This document shows positions 18,321 through 26,980 of a stretch of DNA of 36,919 nt, piece after piece; the first letter of the stretch is position 1; each line of letters opens with the position of its first letter. Under the pieces are notes generated by a model. That model had not been told where the DNA came from and searched no databases. It was given only the letters and a program-made list of their open reading frames with translations. The DNA is taken from positions 1-36,919 of the forward strand of contig OMXJ01000030.1 of assembly GCA_900315015.1 (NCBI GenBank). The letters run 5' to 3'. The translations under genes and the position numbers were made by a program. This stretch comes from an uncultured Eubacteriales bacterium. GTDB taxonomy: Bacteria > Bacillota > Clostridia > Lachnospirales > Lachnospiraceae.

Positions 18321-18362
18321 AGCTGACGATCCTGATAATGATAAAAATAAAAATATGTAAAG
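18283..18362. repeat. Exact 40-bp tandem duplication spanning the last 12 codons + stop of the GT2 gene
   Basis: ctgacgatcctgataatgataaaaataaaaatatgtaaag at 18283-18322 is repeated identically at 18323-18362. Confidence 0.95.
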
Positions 18363-18384
18363 CTATTAAGCTTAGGAGTGAAAA

Positions 18385-18801
18385 ATGAAGAAGGTAATTA
18401 CTTATGGAACTTTTGATCTGCTTCATGTAGGTCATATCAATATCTTAAGAAGGGCAAGAGAGCTCGGTGATTATTTAGTTGTTGCTCTTTCAACAGATGA
18501 ATTCAATGCTGGAAAGCATAAGACCTCTTACCATCCTTATGAGGATAGAAAGATCATCCTTGAGTCAATCAAGTATGTTGATAAGGTCATTCCAGAGACG
18601 AGCTGGGATCAGAAAATTAAGGATGTTCAGGAAAATGATATTGATATCTTTGTAATGGGCGATGACTGGAAGGGTCAGTTCGATTTCCTTAAGCCTTACT
18701 GCGAGGTTATTTATCTTCCAAGAACAGAAGGTATTTCAACTACTAAGATCAAGCATGATCTTGCAATTGGAGCAACTGATCAGAAAAAAGATGCGCAGTA
18801 A
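18385..18801 (+). CDS. tagD: Glycerol-3-phosphate cytidylyltransferase
   Basis: MKKVITYGTFDLLHVGHINIL (HxGH nucleotidyltransferase motif), 138 aa, collinear with TagD. RBS AGGAGTG. Confidence 0.9.
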   Translation: MKKVITYGTFDLLHVGHINILRRARELGDYLVVALSTDEFNAGKHKTSYHPYEDRKIILESIKYVDKVIPETSWDQKIKDVQENDIDIFVMGDDWKGQFDFLKPYCEVIYLPRTEGISTTKIKHDLAIGATDQKKDAQ

Positions 18802-18836
18802 TGCACTACCAGTTATAAAAGGGATAATTTTTAAAG

Positions 18837-20081
18837 ATGAAAAATAAAGTTAAAACGGTATTAAAGAAGGTTGTTCTGGGAGCTTATGCTCTCGGAACAA
18901 AGCTTTTACCGGTGGATGATAGAATTGTCATTTTTGAGAGCAGTCTTGGTAGGAATTCTACAGGATCGCCTAGAGCGGTATGCGATTATATGGTAAAGAA
19001 GGGACTCGATAAGCATTATAAGCTTTACTATATTTTAGATGATAAGAAAAATGTTAATAATGGGATAAGAAACCTGCCTAAATCAGTAAAGAGAGTACGT
19101 AATTCTAGAATATTATATTATTATCTTTTTGCAAGGGCGGGTTTTATTGTTTCTGATACAAGATTTCAGAATTACATGATAAAGAGAAAGAACTGCACTT
19201 ATGTGCAGACCTGGCATGGAACTCCTCTTAAGAAGCTTGCCCTTGATATGACAAGTGTTAATATGTCAGTTTCAAAGGACATTGAGGAGTATAAGAGAGA
19301 GTTCGTGGAAAATTCTGCCACCTGGGATTATCTTGTATCTCAGAACAGTTTTTCAAGTAAGGTGCTGCCTGGGGCCTTTGGCTATAAGGGTGAGCTTCTT
19401 GAAATAGGCTATCCTAGAAATGATGTATTAAATAAATATGCAAAAAACGAGCTCACTGAAAGAGGAAGAGAAAAGAACCGTATTTTGAAGTTCAAAATCA
19501 GAGAAAAATTAGGACTTCCGCTTGATAAAAAGGTGATGCTCTATGCTCCGACCTGGAGAGATAATGCCTTTGTTGATGCTGAAAATTATAAGTTCATTAC
19601 TCAGATGGACATGGATAAGATGAAGGCTGCCTTTGGCAGTGATGCCATCATGGCTCTTAAGTACCATTACCTGGTTTCGGATAAGGCTGCAAGCAATCTT
19701 GAGGCTATGCATAAGGGCTTTATCTATACCTTTAATGGAAATGTGGATATTTCTTATCTATACATTGCTGCGGATATACTTATTACGGACTATTCCTCAG
19801 TTATGTTTGATTATTCACTTCTTAAGAGGCCTATGTTCTTTTATGATTTCGACTTGGATTCCTATAGGGATGAAATGAGGGGCTTTTATTTTGATTTTCT
19901 AAAAGAGGCTCCGGGACCTGTCGTTAAGGAGACAGGAGAGCTTATTGAGGAAATAAAAAAAGGCGATAAGCTTTATTTTGAAAAATATGGAAAAAAGTAT
20001 GATGCCTTTTGTAAAAAATATCATGAATATGAAAATGGAAGGGCGTCAGAAAAAATTGTTGAAATAATTTGCGGAAAATGA
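18837..20081 (+). CDS. CDP-glycerol glycerophosphotransferase family protein (TagF/TagB-like)
   Basis: TWHGTPLKKL and YAPTWRDN motifs; 414 aa. Confidence 0.8.
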   Translation: MKNKVKTVLKKVVLGAYALGTKLLPVDDRIVIFESSLGRNSTGSPRAVCDYMVKKGLDKHYKLYYILDDKKNVNNGIRNLPKSVKRVRNSRILYYYLFARAGFIVSDTRFQNYMIKRKNCTYVQTWHGTPLKKLALDMTSVNMSVSKDIEEYKREFVENSATWDYLVSQNSFSSKVLPGAFGYKGELLEIGYPRNDVLNKYAKNELTERGREKNRILKFKIREKLGLPLDKKVMLYAPTWRDNAFVDAENYKFITQMDMDKMKAAFGSDAIMALKYHYLVSDKAASNLEAMHKGFIYTFNGNVDISYLYIAADILITDYSSVMFDYSLLKRPMFFYDFDLDSYRDEMRGFYFDFLKEAPGPVVKETGELIEEIKKGDKLYFEKYGKKYDAFCKKYHEYENGRASEKIVEIICGK

Positions 20082-20088
20082 GGCGCGT

Positions 20089-20820
20089 ATGATTATTGGA
20101 GTATGCGATGATTATCAAACGGATGCCGCACAGTTAGAGGATGCATTAAAGAAGGAGACTCAAAAGCTGAACATAGAGGCGCATATCCGCTGCTACGATT
20201 CGGCTGAGGATCTTTTAAATGAAAAGGATAATATAAGACTGCTTTTTTTAGACATTATGATGAATAATGAGGCGGCTGGAATAGAGGCGGCAAGAAAAAT
20301 CAGAGAGAATAATAATGATATTGTTATTGTGTTTGTCTCAAATGACAATGGCTTTGCTACTGAATCCTACGAGGTGGAGGCGGCAGGTTATATTATGAAG
20401 CCTGTGACGGACCATCTTGAGAAGCTAGATAAGCTGTTAAAGAAATATGCCGGGGGCATGGATGAGGGAAAGCTCATAAAGCTTACTGGTAATTGGAATG
20501 ACATAATGATTTCAGAAAATAGCATAGTCAGGGTAATTGCAGATGGAAAAAAGAGCAAGGTGGTGACAAACGATCCCGAAAGGGGCACCATTATTACCAC
20601 CATAAGCATCAAAAATTTAGAAGAAATGCTCTCAAAGGATAAATTTGTAAGAACAGGAAAGAGTGATATTGTTTCTTTTTCTAATATTATCCGAATCGAG
20701 GGTTCTAATATTGTGTTAAAAAGCGGCGAAGCCGGGGTTGATATTGTTAAGATAGGTAATACCTATAGGGCCGAGGTGCTTGCGGCCTATGATAAATATG
20801 TACTTTCGGGCATGCTGTAA
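20089..20820 (+). CDS. LytTR-family response regulator (REC + LytTR DNA-binding domain)
   Basis: REC residues are present (DD at 8-9, LFLDIMM phospho-Asp, VFVS, YIMKP). The C-terminal LytTR-like half reads IVRVIADGKKSKVVTN...FVRTGKSDIVSFSNI. It begins 8 bp after the tagF-like stop, with RBS GAGG. Confidence 0.8.
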   Translation: MIIGVCDDYQTDAAQLEDALKKETQKLNIEAHIRCYDSAEDLLNEKDNIRLLFLDIMMNNEAAGIEAARKIRENNNDIVIVFVSNDNGFATESYEVEAAGYIMKPVTDHLEKLDKLLKKYAGGMDEGKLIKLTGNWNDIMISENSIVRVIADGKKSKVVTNDPERGTIITTISIKNLEEMLSKDKFVRTGKSDIVSFSNIIRIEGSNIVLKSGEAGVDIVKIGNTYRAEVLAAYDKYVLSGML

Positions 20821-20832
20821 GGGGGATTTATT

Positions 20833-22125
20833 TTGAAGCAAAGAAGCTGCGGATTATCAAGACTTATATCCATTATCCGTTATTGTGGTCTGTCAGATAA
20901 AAATACTCTTATGAAGTATTGCTCAGGTGTAGCTGCAGTAAATCTTAGTGTGCTCTCAGTAATATCTTTTACTTATTGGGCAACACTTATGATTTTAAGT
21001 GTTACAGGCTATAGCTTTGCTAAAGAGAGCATTGATTTTGCTGGAAGGGCAGAATACTTTACCATGGCAATTATCTCATTTATAGTTTTTATTGGAACGC
21101 GGATAATTAAGAGGAAACTACCTGAGATAAAGGGAAGAAGGATAGGAATAGAATGCTTCAGGAGTATTTACATTGTCTTTATGCTAGCTATGTCCTTCAT
21201 TCTTGATTGTTTTGTGCAGGATAATAATTTTTATTTCAATACCTTTGTTGTTTTATATACCTCGGTAGGGCTTTACGTAAGTACTCTCCTTGAGGAAATG
21301 ATTATTGGTGCTAGCATAATGCTGATGTTTTTTATCTTTGCCTTTAATGGGCTTGAGACCAAGCTGGCTGTACTAAATGTCTTTATTATGCTCTTTATTA
21401 TTGTCATTCAGAGCGTTGCAAGCTATAAAAATACCAGGGATACTCTTGTTGGAAAAGCTGAAATTGACAGGGATCTTTTGATAAAAAATGAGTATTATAA
21501 AAATATTTCAGCTCAGCAAGAGCAGATTATTCTTATGGTGAATGAATTTGAGAACTATAAGAAGGTACTGTTAGAGCATTTGAGAAATGGCAATATAGAG
21601 GAATTAAAGGCCCTTGTGAAGGAAAATAACGATGCAGTTTCAAAGGAAACGAACATTGACTATATAGAGCATACTGGAAATCCGGTATTTGATGCCATTA
21701 TATATGATCAAAGAGTTAAATTCAGGGATTATAACATAAACGTCGATGTCAGGTGTGATATCGGAGACCTTATGAATAATAAGAATTTTGAGCTTGTAAG
21801 TCTTTTGGGAAATGCCTTTTCTAATGCCATGGAGGCCTGCACCTTTGTGGAGAAGGAAAGTGATAGATATGTGAAGGTTCGTGCAAAGACGAAAGAGGGA
21901 ATGTTTTATCTCAATATGGAAAATAGCTTTGACGGATACCTGAACAAGGAAAGAAACAAGCTTACCGGTGAGGATAAATATATTTCAAGGAAAAGAAATG
22001 ATGAGGGATTTCATGGACATGGAATAGAATCCATGACAGAAATCTGCAGAAAGCTGAATGGGGTGCTTAAAATCGATAGTAAGGATAAGTGCTTCAGCCT
22101 TAGCATCATTCTACCTTTGAAGTAA
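20833..22125 (+). CDS. AgrC/HPK10-family membrane sensor kinase paralog with an intact GHKL ATPase domain but a degenerate H-box (RHD replaced by VNE; no phospho-acceptor His)
   Basis: About 6 N-terminal TM helices. The H-box region ILMVNEFENYKKVLLEHLRNG aligns gaplessly with IIRHDMKHYKNVIENFIETG of the downstream paralog. ATPase motifs are present: LLGNAFSNAMEA (N-box) and GHGIESMTEICRKLNG (G-box). Start is TTG at 20833 with an AAGGGGGA RBS; an alternative ATG lies at ~20911. Confidence 0.65.
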   Translation: MKQRSCGLSRLISIIRYCGLSDKNTLMKYCSGVAAVNLSVLSVISFTYWATLMILSVTGYSFAKESIDFAGRAEYFTMAIISFIVFIGTRIIKRKLPEIKGRRIGIECFRSIYIVFMLAMSFILDCFVQDNNFYFNTFVVLYTSVGLYVSTLLEEMIIGASIMLMFFIFAFNGLETKLAVLNVFIMLFIIVIQSVASYKNTRDTLVGKAEIDRDLLIKNEYYKNISAQQEQIILMVNEFENYKKVLLEHLRNGNIEELKALVKENNDAVSKETNIDYIEHTGNPVFDAIIYDQRVKFRDYNINVDVRCDIGDLMNNKNFELVSLLGNAFSNAMEACTFVEKESDRYVKVRAKTKEGMFYLNMENSFDGYLNKERNKLTGEDKYISRKRNDEGFHGHGIESMTEICRKLNGVLKIDSKDKCFSLSIILPLK

Positions 22126-22151
22126 TGCTGGTAACTTAGAACGGTAAATAG

Positions 22152-22236
22152 TAATTGAAAGATAATATTAATTGAGAGATAATAATAATTGAGAGATAAT
22201 AATAATTGAGAGATAATAATAATTGAGAGAATAGTA
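22152..22236. repeat. 17-bp tandem repeat (taattgagagataataa), ~4.5 copies, abutting the start codon of the downstream kinase fragment
   Basis: Perfect copies at 22169-22185, 22186-22202 and 22203-22219. A degenerate copy lies upstream and a partial copy runs into the ATG at 22236. Confidence 0.9.
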
Positions 22237-23015
22237 TGAAAAATAATACCATGTTGCACAAACTCTATAATGAAATCTTTTGGATCGGGCAGGAAAAAGA
22301 GGTGACAAAGCGCTATAGTCACATAATTGCAGAGACAAATGCTGCTGTTATGTTCCGTGTAACGGGCTTGATGTCAGTCTCTTTTGCCATTATATCAATT
22401 TATAATGCTGTAACAGATATGTTTGCTGATTGGCTTACTTATGCTTATGCAGCGATGTCTTTGGAAAATTTTGCTTTTTCTGTGCTTGCAATGCTTGCAA
22501 TCAGAAGGAGTGTGCGTTTCGAGCATAAGAACAGGGAAATTGAGCTGTTTATCTGCCTTTACGAGGTGATAGGCTGCATCAGTCTTCTTTACATAGATCT
22601 GAATTTGAGCAGGAAAAATATTTTCTATCATTTTATTCTAGGCATTCTTCCTTTATCCTGCGTTTATTCTAAGAGCCTTTTTGAGAGCTTTGTATCTTCT
22701 ATGATGTTTGTACTGGCATTTGAGCTGGCAGCTAGTTTTAGGATTCCTCTTCAGATGCGCATAATTAATATTATTATCATATTCTTTATCTGCTTTATTG
22801 GAAATCTTACCAGCCATTTAAGGGAGAGAGAGCTTTTACAAAGCCGTGTAATAAGGGATGCAGATCTTGCTGCGGAGGCTGAGTACTATAAAACTGTAAC
22901 CCAAAAACAGAAGCAGATTTCAATAATAAGGCACGACATGAAGCATTATAAGAATGTAATCGAAAATTTTATTGAAACCGGAAAAACTGAAGAGTTAAGA
23001 AAGCTGCTTTCTTAA
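22236..23015 (+). CDS. AgrC/HPK10-family sensor kinase fragment: TM domain + intact H-box (RHD, His233), lacking the ATPase domain entirely
   Basis: 259 aa, about 5-6 TM helices, IIRHDMKHYKNVIENFIETGKTEELRKLLS at the C-terminus, then a stop that overlaps (ttaa) the stop of the convergent HAD gene. The upstream paralog continues ~180 aa beyond this point. Confidence 0.55.
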   Translation: MKNNTMLHKLYNEIFWIGQEKEVTKRYSHIIAETNAAVMFRVTGLMSVSFAIISIYNAVTDMFADWLTYAYAAMSLENFAFSVLAMLAIRRSVRFEHKNREIELFICLYEVIGCISLLYIDLNLSRKNIFYHFILGILPLSCVYSKSLFESFVSSMMFVLAFELAASFRIPLQMRIINIIIIFFICFIGNLTSHLRERELLQSRVIRDADLAAEAEYYKTVTQKQKQISIIRHDMKHYKNVIENFIETGKTEELRKLLS

Positions 23016-23896
23016 CCGACTTTTTCTAAAATGAATTTGTTTATGACCTTTAATACGCCGTCATCGTCATTACTTGCTGTAATGTAGTTGGCGGCTTTTT
23101 TGACCTTTTCCTGAGCATTTTCCATTGCTACGCCAAGTCCGGCATATTTGATCATTGTGATGTCATTGAAGCCATCGCCGCAGCAGATTATCTGATCTTT
23201 ATTAAGAGAGAGCTGCTTTAAAAGGGCGTCTATGGTAGTTGCCTTGTCTACGCCAAGAGGAGTGATTTCAAGGAAAAATGGCTCTGAACGGAAAACATTG
23301 AGGCAGCCCTTGAATTTTTCGGCAAACTTCTTCTCGACCTTTTCAAGCTTGTCGCCGTCACCAGTCATAAGGACCTTGTTGATAGGGAAGTTGACATAGC
23401 TTAGGAAATTATCGACCTGAGAGATGTCGATATCATTGATTCTAGCCTCAAGTCTTTCGTAATCATCTATTGGAGTGGCAGAGATGACATTTTCAAGTCC
23501 GTCACTTCCTACTTCATAAGTCATCATTCCAATGCCCTCGGCCATTGCGGCACTGTATATTTCAGGTATGAGGGCTGATGGGATTTCTCTATTATAAATT
23601 ATACTATTGTCGGCAGCATCAACTATTCTTGAACCGTTGTAGGATATAATGTAATTGCCGTATTTTGAAAGCTCTAAGGTTTCAGCGACCTTTCTAACGC
23701 CAGCAGTAGGGCGGCCAGTAGCAATTACTACATAAAAGCCCTGCTCCTGAAGAGCTAAAAGTGCATTAAGGGTATCTGGAGTTATTTCCTTTTGACTATT
23801 GACAAGGGTTCCGTCAATGTCTAATACAAGCATGCGGTATTTCATAGTTTTGCTGTACTCCTTTCGTGCTGCTGTGGTTTTGTGTAAATCTAGCAC
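23012..23896 (-). CDS. Cof-type HAD-IIB family hydrolase (YidA/Cof-like sugar phosphatase)
   Basis: Reverse-strand translation MKYRMLVLDIDGTLVNSQKEITPDT...VVIATGRP...CCGDGFNDITM...GVAMENA: HAD motifs I-IV of the Cof subfamily. 294 aa. Confidence 0.85.
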   Translation of the reverse strand: MLDLHKTTAARKEYSKTMKYRMLVLDIDGTLVNSQKEITPDTLNALLALQEQGFYVVIATGRPTAGVRKVAETLELSKYGNYIISYNGSRIVDAADNSIIYNREIPSALIPEIYSAAMAEGIGMMTYEVGSDGLENVISATPIDDYERLEARINDIDISQVDNFLSYVNFPINKVLMTGDGDKLEKVEKKFAEKFKGCLNVFRSEPFFLEITPLGVDKATTIDALLKQLSLNKDQIICCGDGFNDITMIKYAGLGVAMENAQEKVKKAANYITASNDDDGVLKVINKFILEKVG

Positions 23897-24159
23897 TAAA
23901 TAATGCTCCTTCGAGGGGAAAGATACAAATATATAGACGTAGATACAAACAGTTACAAATTATACGACAGTTTTTTGAAAAATGCACCAGAAAAATTCGG
24001 AAATATATCAAGTATTGCTGAAAAAACGATAAAGAATTACTTAAATAATTCATAAAAAGATAATTTGCTTAACAAAAGTTAACTGATATGTAGTATAATA
24101 GGAAATTGGGATAGTATGCTTTTTTTACGGTGATTATTATTGTATGGGATGGACAAAAT

Positions 24160-26970
24160 ATGGAGAGAGATAATAGTTCAAAGAAATCTAATAAGAAATT
24201 GTCAGATTATTTAAGGGTTTACACGGTTTTACTATTTTTTGCCTTTGTGCTTAGCTTTGCAGCTTTGATTGCTCAATATTTATATACAAGAAGTGTGGGG
24301 GAAATGGTGTTCCCTATTATTTGCGCGGGGATTTCTACGGTCGTTGCAATTGTTATGTTCATTATGCTAAAGAAGACGTTTGAGCTTGCAGAAGACCTTG
24401 ATAATTCCTCCGTAGCCATTAAACATATGGGAAATAAGATAATTGGGTATTCAGAGATATATCCGACCAATGAATTTATAAGTAAGGTAGATGCTGCAAT
24501 TAATAGTAATTCGCAGTATGGTACTTTGGTTGCCTTTGATTTTTCAAATTTTGAGTTCCTTAGCAGAAAAAAGGACAAGGATACTAAGGATCGAATAATC
24601 AATGAAATGCTCATCAAGGCAATTCCAGAGGATGATCCAAATCTTAAGCATATTGTCGGAGCAAAGTCGAGTCATGAGTTTTTTGTATATTTCTATGATA
24701 CAAAGAAGCAGAGTGAAGATGGCAGAAAGCGTAAGGAGCCGGGAGTAGCCTGGGTGGCAAATAATCTTGCTGCCATGAATGAAGTGCCACTTGAGTACTT
24801 TAAGGGAAATGACGGAGCTGTTTCGGTAGAGTGCGGCTATGCGCTTTATCCTGAACATGGTTCAAATGCCGTAAATCTTGTCATGAATGCTGATTTCGCG
24901 CTTTCTGAAGCAGGCTTCTTTAAGCTTACTACCATGAATGAATTTTCAAAGGCAGTATTTGAAAAAAGAGAAGTTGAGTATTCTAGAATTGCTCTTTTTA
25001 AGACTTTGCTTAAGAAAAATGCATTTATTTATAATTATCAGCCGATTGTCGATTCAAGGAATGGTGAAATTGTTGCCTATGAGGCACTTCTTCGTACAAC
25101 TCCTGAAATCGGAATGAGCCCTTTAGAGGTGCTTGATATTGCTGATAAGCAGAATAAGCTCTACGATATTGAAAGACTCACCTTCTTTAATGCATGCGAG
25201 ATCCTTCCGCAAAAGAGAGAGCTTTTTGTCAAGAGAAAGCTGTTTGTGAATTCAATTCCTAACCATTCTCTTGTAGAGCCTGATATTTCTAATTTCATAG
25301 AGAAATATCGTGATTATTCTGATAAGATAGTTGTTGAAATTACTGAATCTGAAGAGGAAAAGCAGGGCGCCTTTGAGGAGCTTAAGGCAAATCTTAGCAG
25401 ATTCGGCGCAGAGCTTGCAATCGACGATTACGGCTCTGGTTATGCTAATACAGGAACGCTTATCAATTACAATCCTAAATATGTAAAAATCGATAGAAGC
25501 CTTATTTCAAATATCGATACTGATATTAAAAAGCAGCATATGTTCTCGACCATCGTATCTTACTGTAAGCAGCATGGAATCAGCTGTCTTGCCGAGGGTG
25601 TTGAGACGCAGGATGAGGTAAGAAGCGTTATCAAGCTTGGAGCAGATCTCCTTCAGGGCTTTTATCTTGCAAAGCCTAATAGAGAGCTTCTGCCTGAACT
25701 TCCATTTGACATTGTGGATGATATCATTAAAATAAATCTTGCAATATCAACTGCAGATTTCAGAGACAGGGTATATACTGTTGAAAATGAGAAGCAAGTT
25801 GACCTCTTAGACCTGGCTATCAATAAATATACCGGAGCGCAGGTATTATCCAGGGATACCACCTTTACTACAGGAGGAAGAGAGGTTACCTTTTCTCTTA
25901 CTTTGGAAGATAATTTTGAAGGAAGAATTTACCTTAAGGATGTCAATATGAGAGGTAATCACGGTCCTTCAATTACTATTGGAGAAAATTCTTATGTTAC
26001 AATTATGTGTGAGGGCAAGAATACTCTCTCTTATGCAGGAATTAGGGTGCCGGCAAGTTCAAGATGCGCTATTCAGGGTACTGGTGAGCTGGTAATCAAG
26101 GCAGATGGCAATAATAGCGTAGGCTTTGGCGGCAATTTTGAAAGCTCTTATGGAAAACTCAGAATTTCTTATGATGGAAATATAAGAATTGAGTCAAATG
26201 GTGACAGCGCAGTTGCCATTGGAGGTCTCTATAGTGAAAATAGTAACATAAAGCTGATGAAGGGGGATATCGAGGTTATTTCTACCGGAGATAATGCTCT
26301 TGGAATCGGGGCACTTGACGGAGATGTAAGTATTGAAATAAATAGTGCAACAGTAAATGTTACGGCTTCTGGAACTAGAGCTGTTGGACTTGGTACTTTG
26401 GACGGCTCAACTAAGATCTCCATTGAGTCTGATGTAAAGGTCAGGGTATCAGGTAATGAGGCAGTAGGTATCGGTTCATTAAAGAATGGTTCTGGAACTA
26501 TCAATGTGATAAAGGGCGTTCATGAAATTATCTACAATGCAATGCATGGCGTTGGAATAGGCAGCATTTCAGGTAATATTGATATCACTGTGAATGGCGG
26601 CGTAGTAAGCATGCATGGTGAGGGTACTAATATTACCGGCATTGGCAATATAAAAGGCGGCGGTGATACCTATATCACTAATGGCATTTTAGATATTGAC
26701 TTACTTGCTGCAAATGCGATTGCATTAGGCGGCGAGGAGGCAACCCTTCGCATAGCAGGTGGTAATATAAAGGCCGATAGAAGGATAGTGATGAATCCTA
26801 CTAATGAATTTGGTCAGCCGCTAGTTCAAAGAATTATTAATTCTGATGGAACGACAGAGTTCAGGACAGATATTGCCAGCAGTAAGGGTGCATATACCTA
26901 TATTGCAAGAAAATATAGTAAATTCAGTAATTACTATATTTACATTCCTGAAAAAACAGATATAGGATAA
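24160..26970 (+). CDS. Membrane-anchored c-di-GMP phosphodiesterase: 2 TM + degenerate GGDEF (SSHEF) + EAL domain + C-terminal ~8 x 28-aa Gly-rich beta-helix-like repeat domain
   Basis: TM helices at residues ~28-52 and ~60-80. Degenerate GGDEF AKSSHEFFVYF at nt 24667-24681. EAL motifs QPIVD...YEALLR (EAL at 25081-25089), DDYGSGYANTG, KIDRSLI, EGVETQDEV...QGFYLAKP. C-terminal repeats have the pattern G-[DN]-x-A-[VL]-G-[IL]-G-x-L-x-G. The start is ambiguous: GTG at 24130 per the ORF track, or ATG at 24160 as used here. Confidence 0.8.
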   Translation: MERDNSSKKSNKKLSDYLRVYTVLLFFAFVLSFAALIAQYLYTRSVGEMVFPIICAGISTVVAIVMFIMLKKTFELAEDLDNSSVAIKHMGNKIIGYSEIYPTNEFISKVDAAINSNSQYGTLVAFDFSNFEFLSRKKDKDTKDRIINEMLIKAIPEDDPNLKHIVGAKSSHEFFVYFYDTKKQSEDGRKRKEPGVAWVANNLAAMNEVPLEYFKGNDGAVSVECGYALYPEHGSNAVNLVMNADFALSEAGFFKLTTMNEFSKAVFEKREVEYSRIALFKTLLKKNAFIYNYQPIVDSRNGEIVAYEALLRTTPEIGMSPLEVLDIADKQNKLYDIERLTFFNACEILPQKRELFVKRKLFVNSIPNHSLVEPDISNFIEKYRDYSDKIVVEITESEEEKQGAFEELKANLSRFGAELAIDDYGSGYANTGTLINYNPKYVKIDRSLISNIDTDIKKQHMFSTIVSYCKQHGISCLAEGVETQDEVRSVIKLGADLLQGFYLAKPNRELLPELPFDIVDDIIKINLAISTADFRDRVYTVENEKQVDLLDLAINKYTGAQVLSRDTTFTTGGREVTFSLTLEDNFEGRIYLKDVNMRGNHGPSITIGENSYVTIMCEGKNTLSYAGIRVPASSRCAIQGTGELVIKADGNNSVGFGGNFESSYGKLRISYDGNIRIESNGDSAVAIGGLYSENSNIKLMKGDIEVISTGDNALGIGALDGDVSIEINSATVNVTASGTRAVGLGTLDGSTKISIESDVKVRVSGNEAVGIGSLKNGSGTINVIKGVHEIIYNAMHGVGIGSISGNIDITVNGGVVSMHGEGTNITGIGNIKGGGDTYITNGILDIDLLAANAIALGGEEATLRIAGGNIKADRRIVMNPTNEFGQPLVQRIINSDGTTEFRTDIASSKGAYTYIARKYSKFSNYYIYIPEKTDIG

Positions 26971-26980
26971 TTATTGTAAT

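Noticed and set aside
22152-22236. CRISPR array
   Set aside because: The repeats are 17 bp, directly tandem with no spacers, and no cas genes are present. It is a minisatellite, not CRISPR. The same reasoning applies to the 13-bp, 36-bp and 40-bp repeats.
23012-23015. Treating the 259-aa kinase fragment as a simple annotation artefact
   Set aside because: The frame is open from a plausible start with TM helices and a conserved H-box, and it ends at a genuine in-frame stop shared (ttaa) with the convergent gene. It is therefore a real truncated gene or pseudogene rather than an ORF-caller artefact. It is kept as a feature with reduced confidence.
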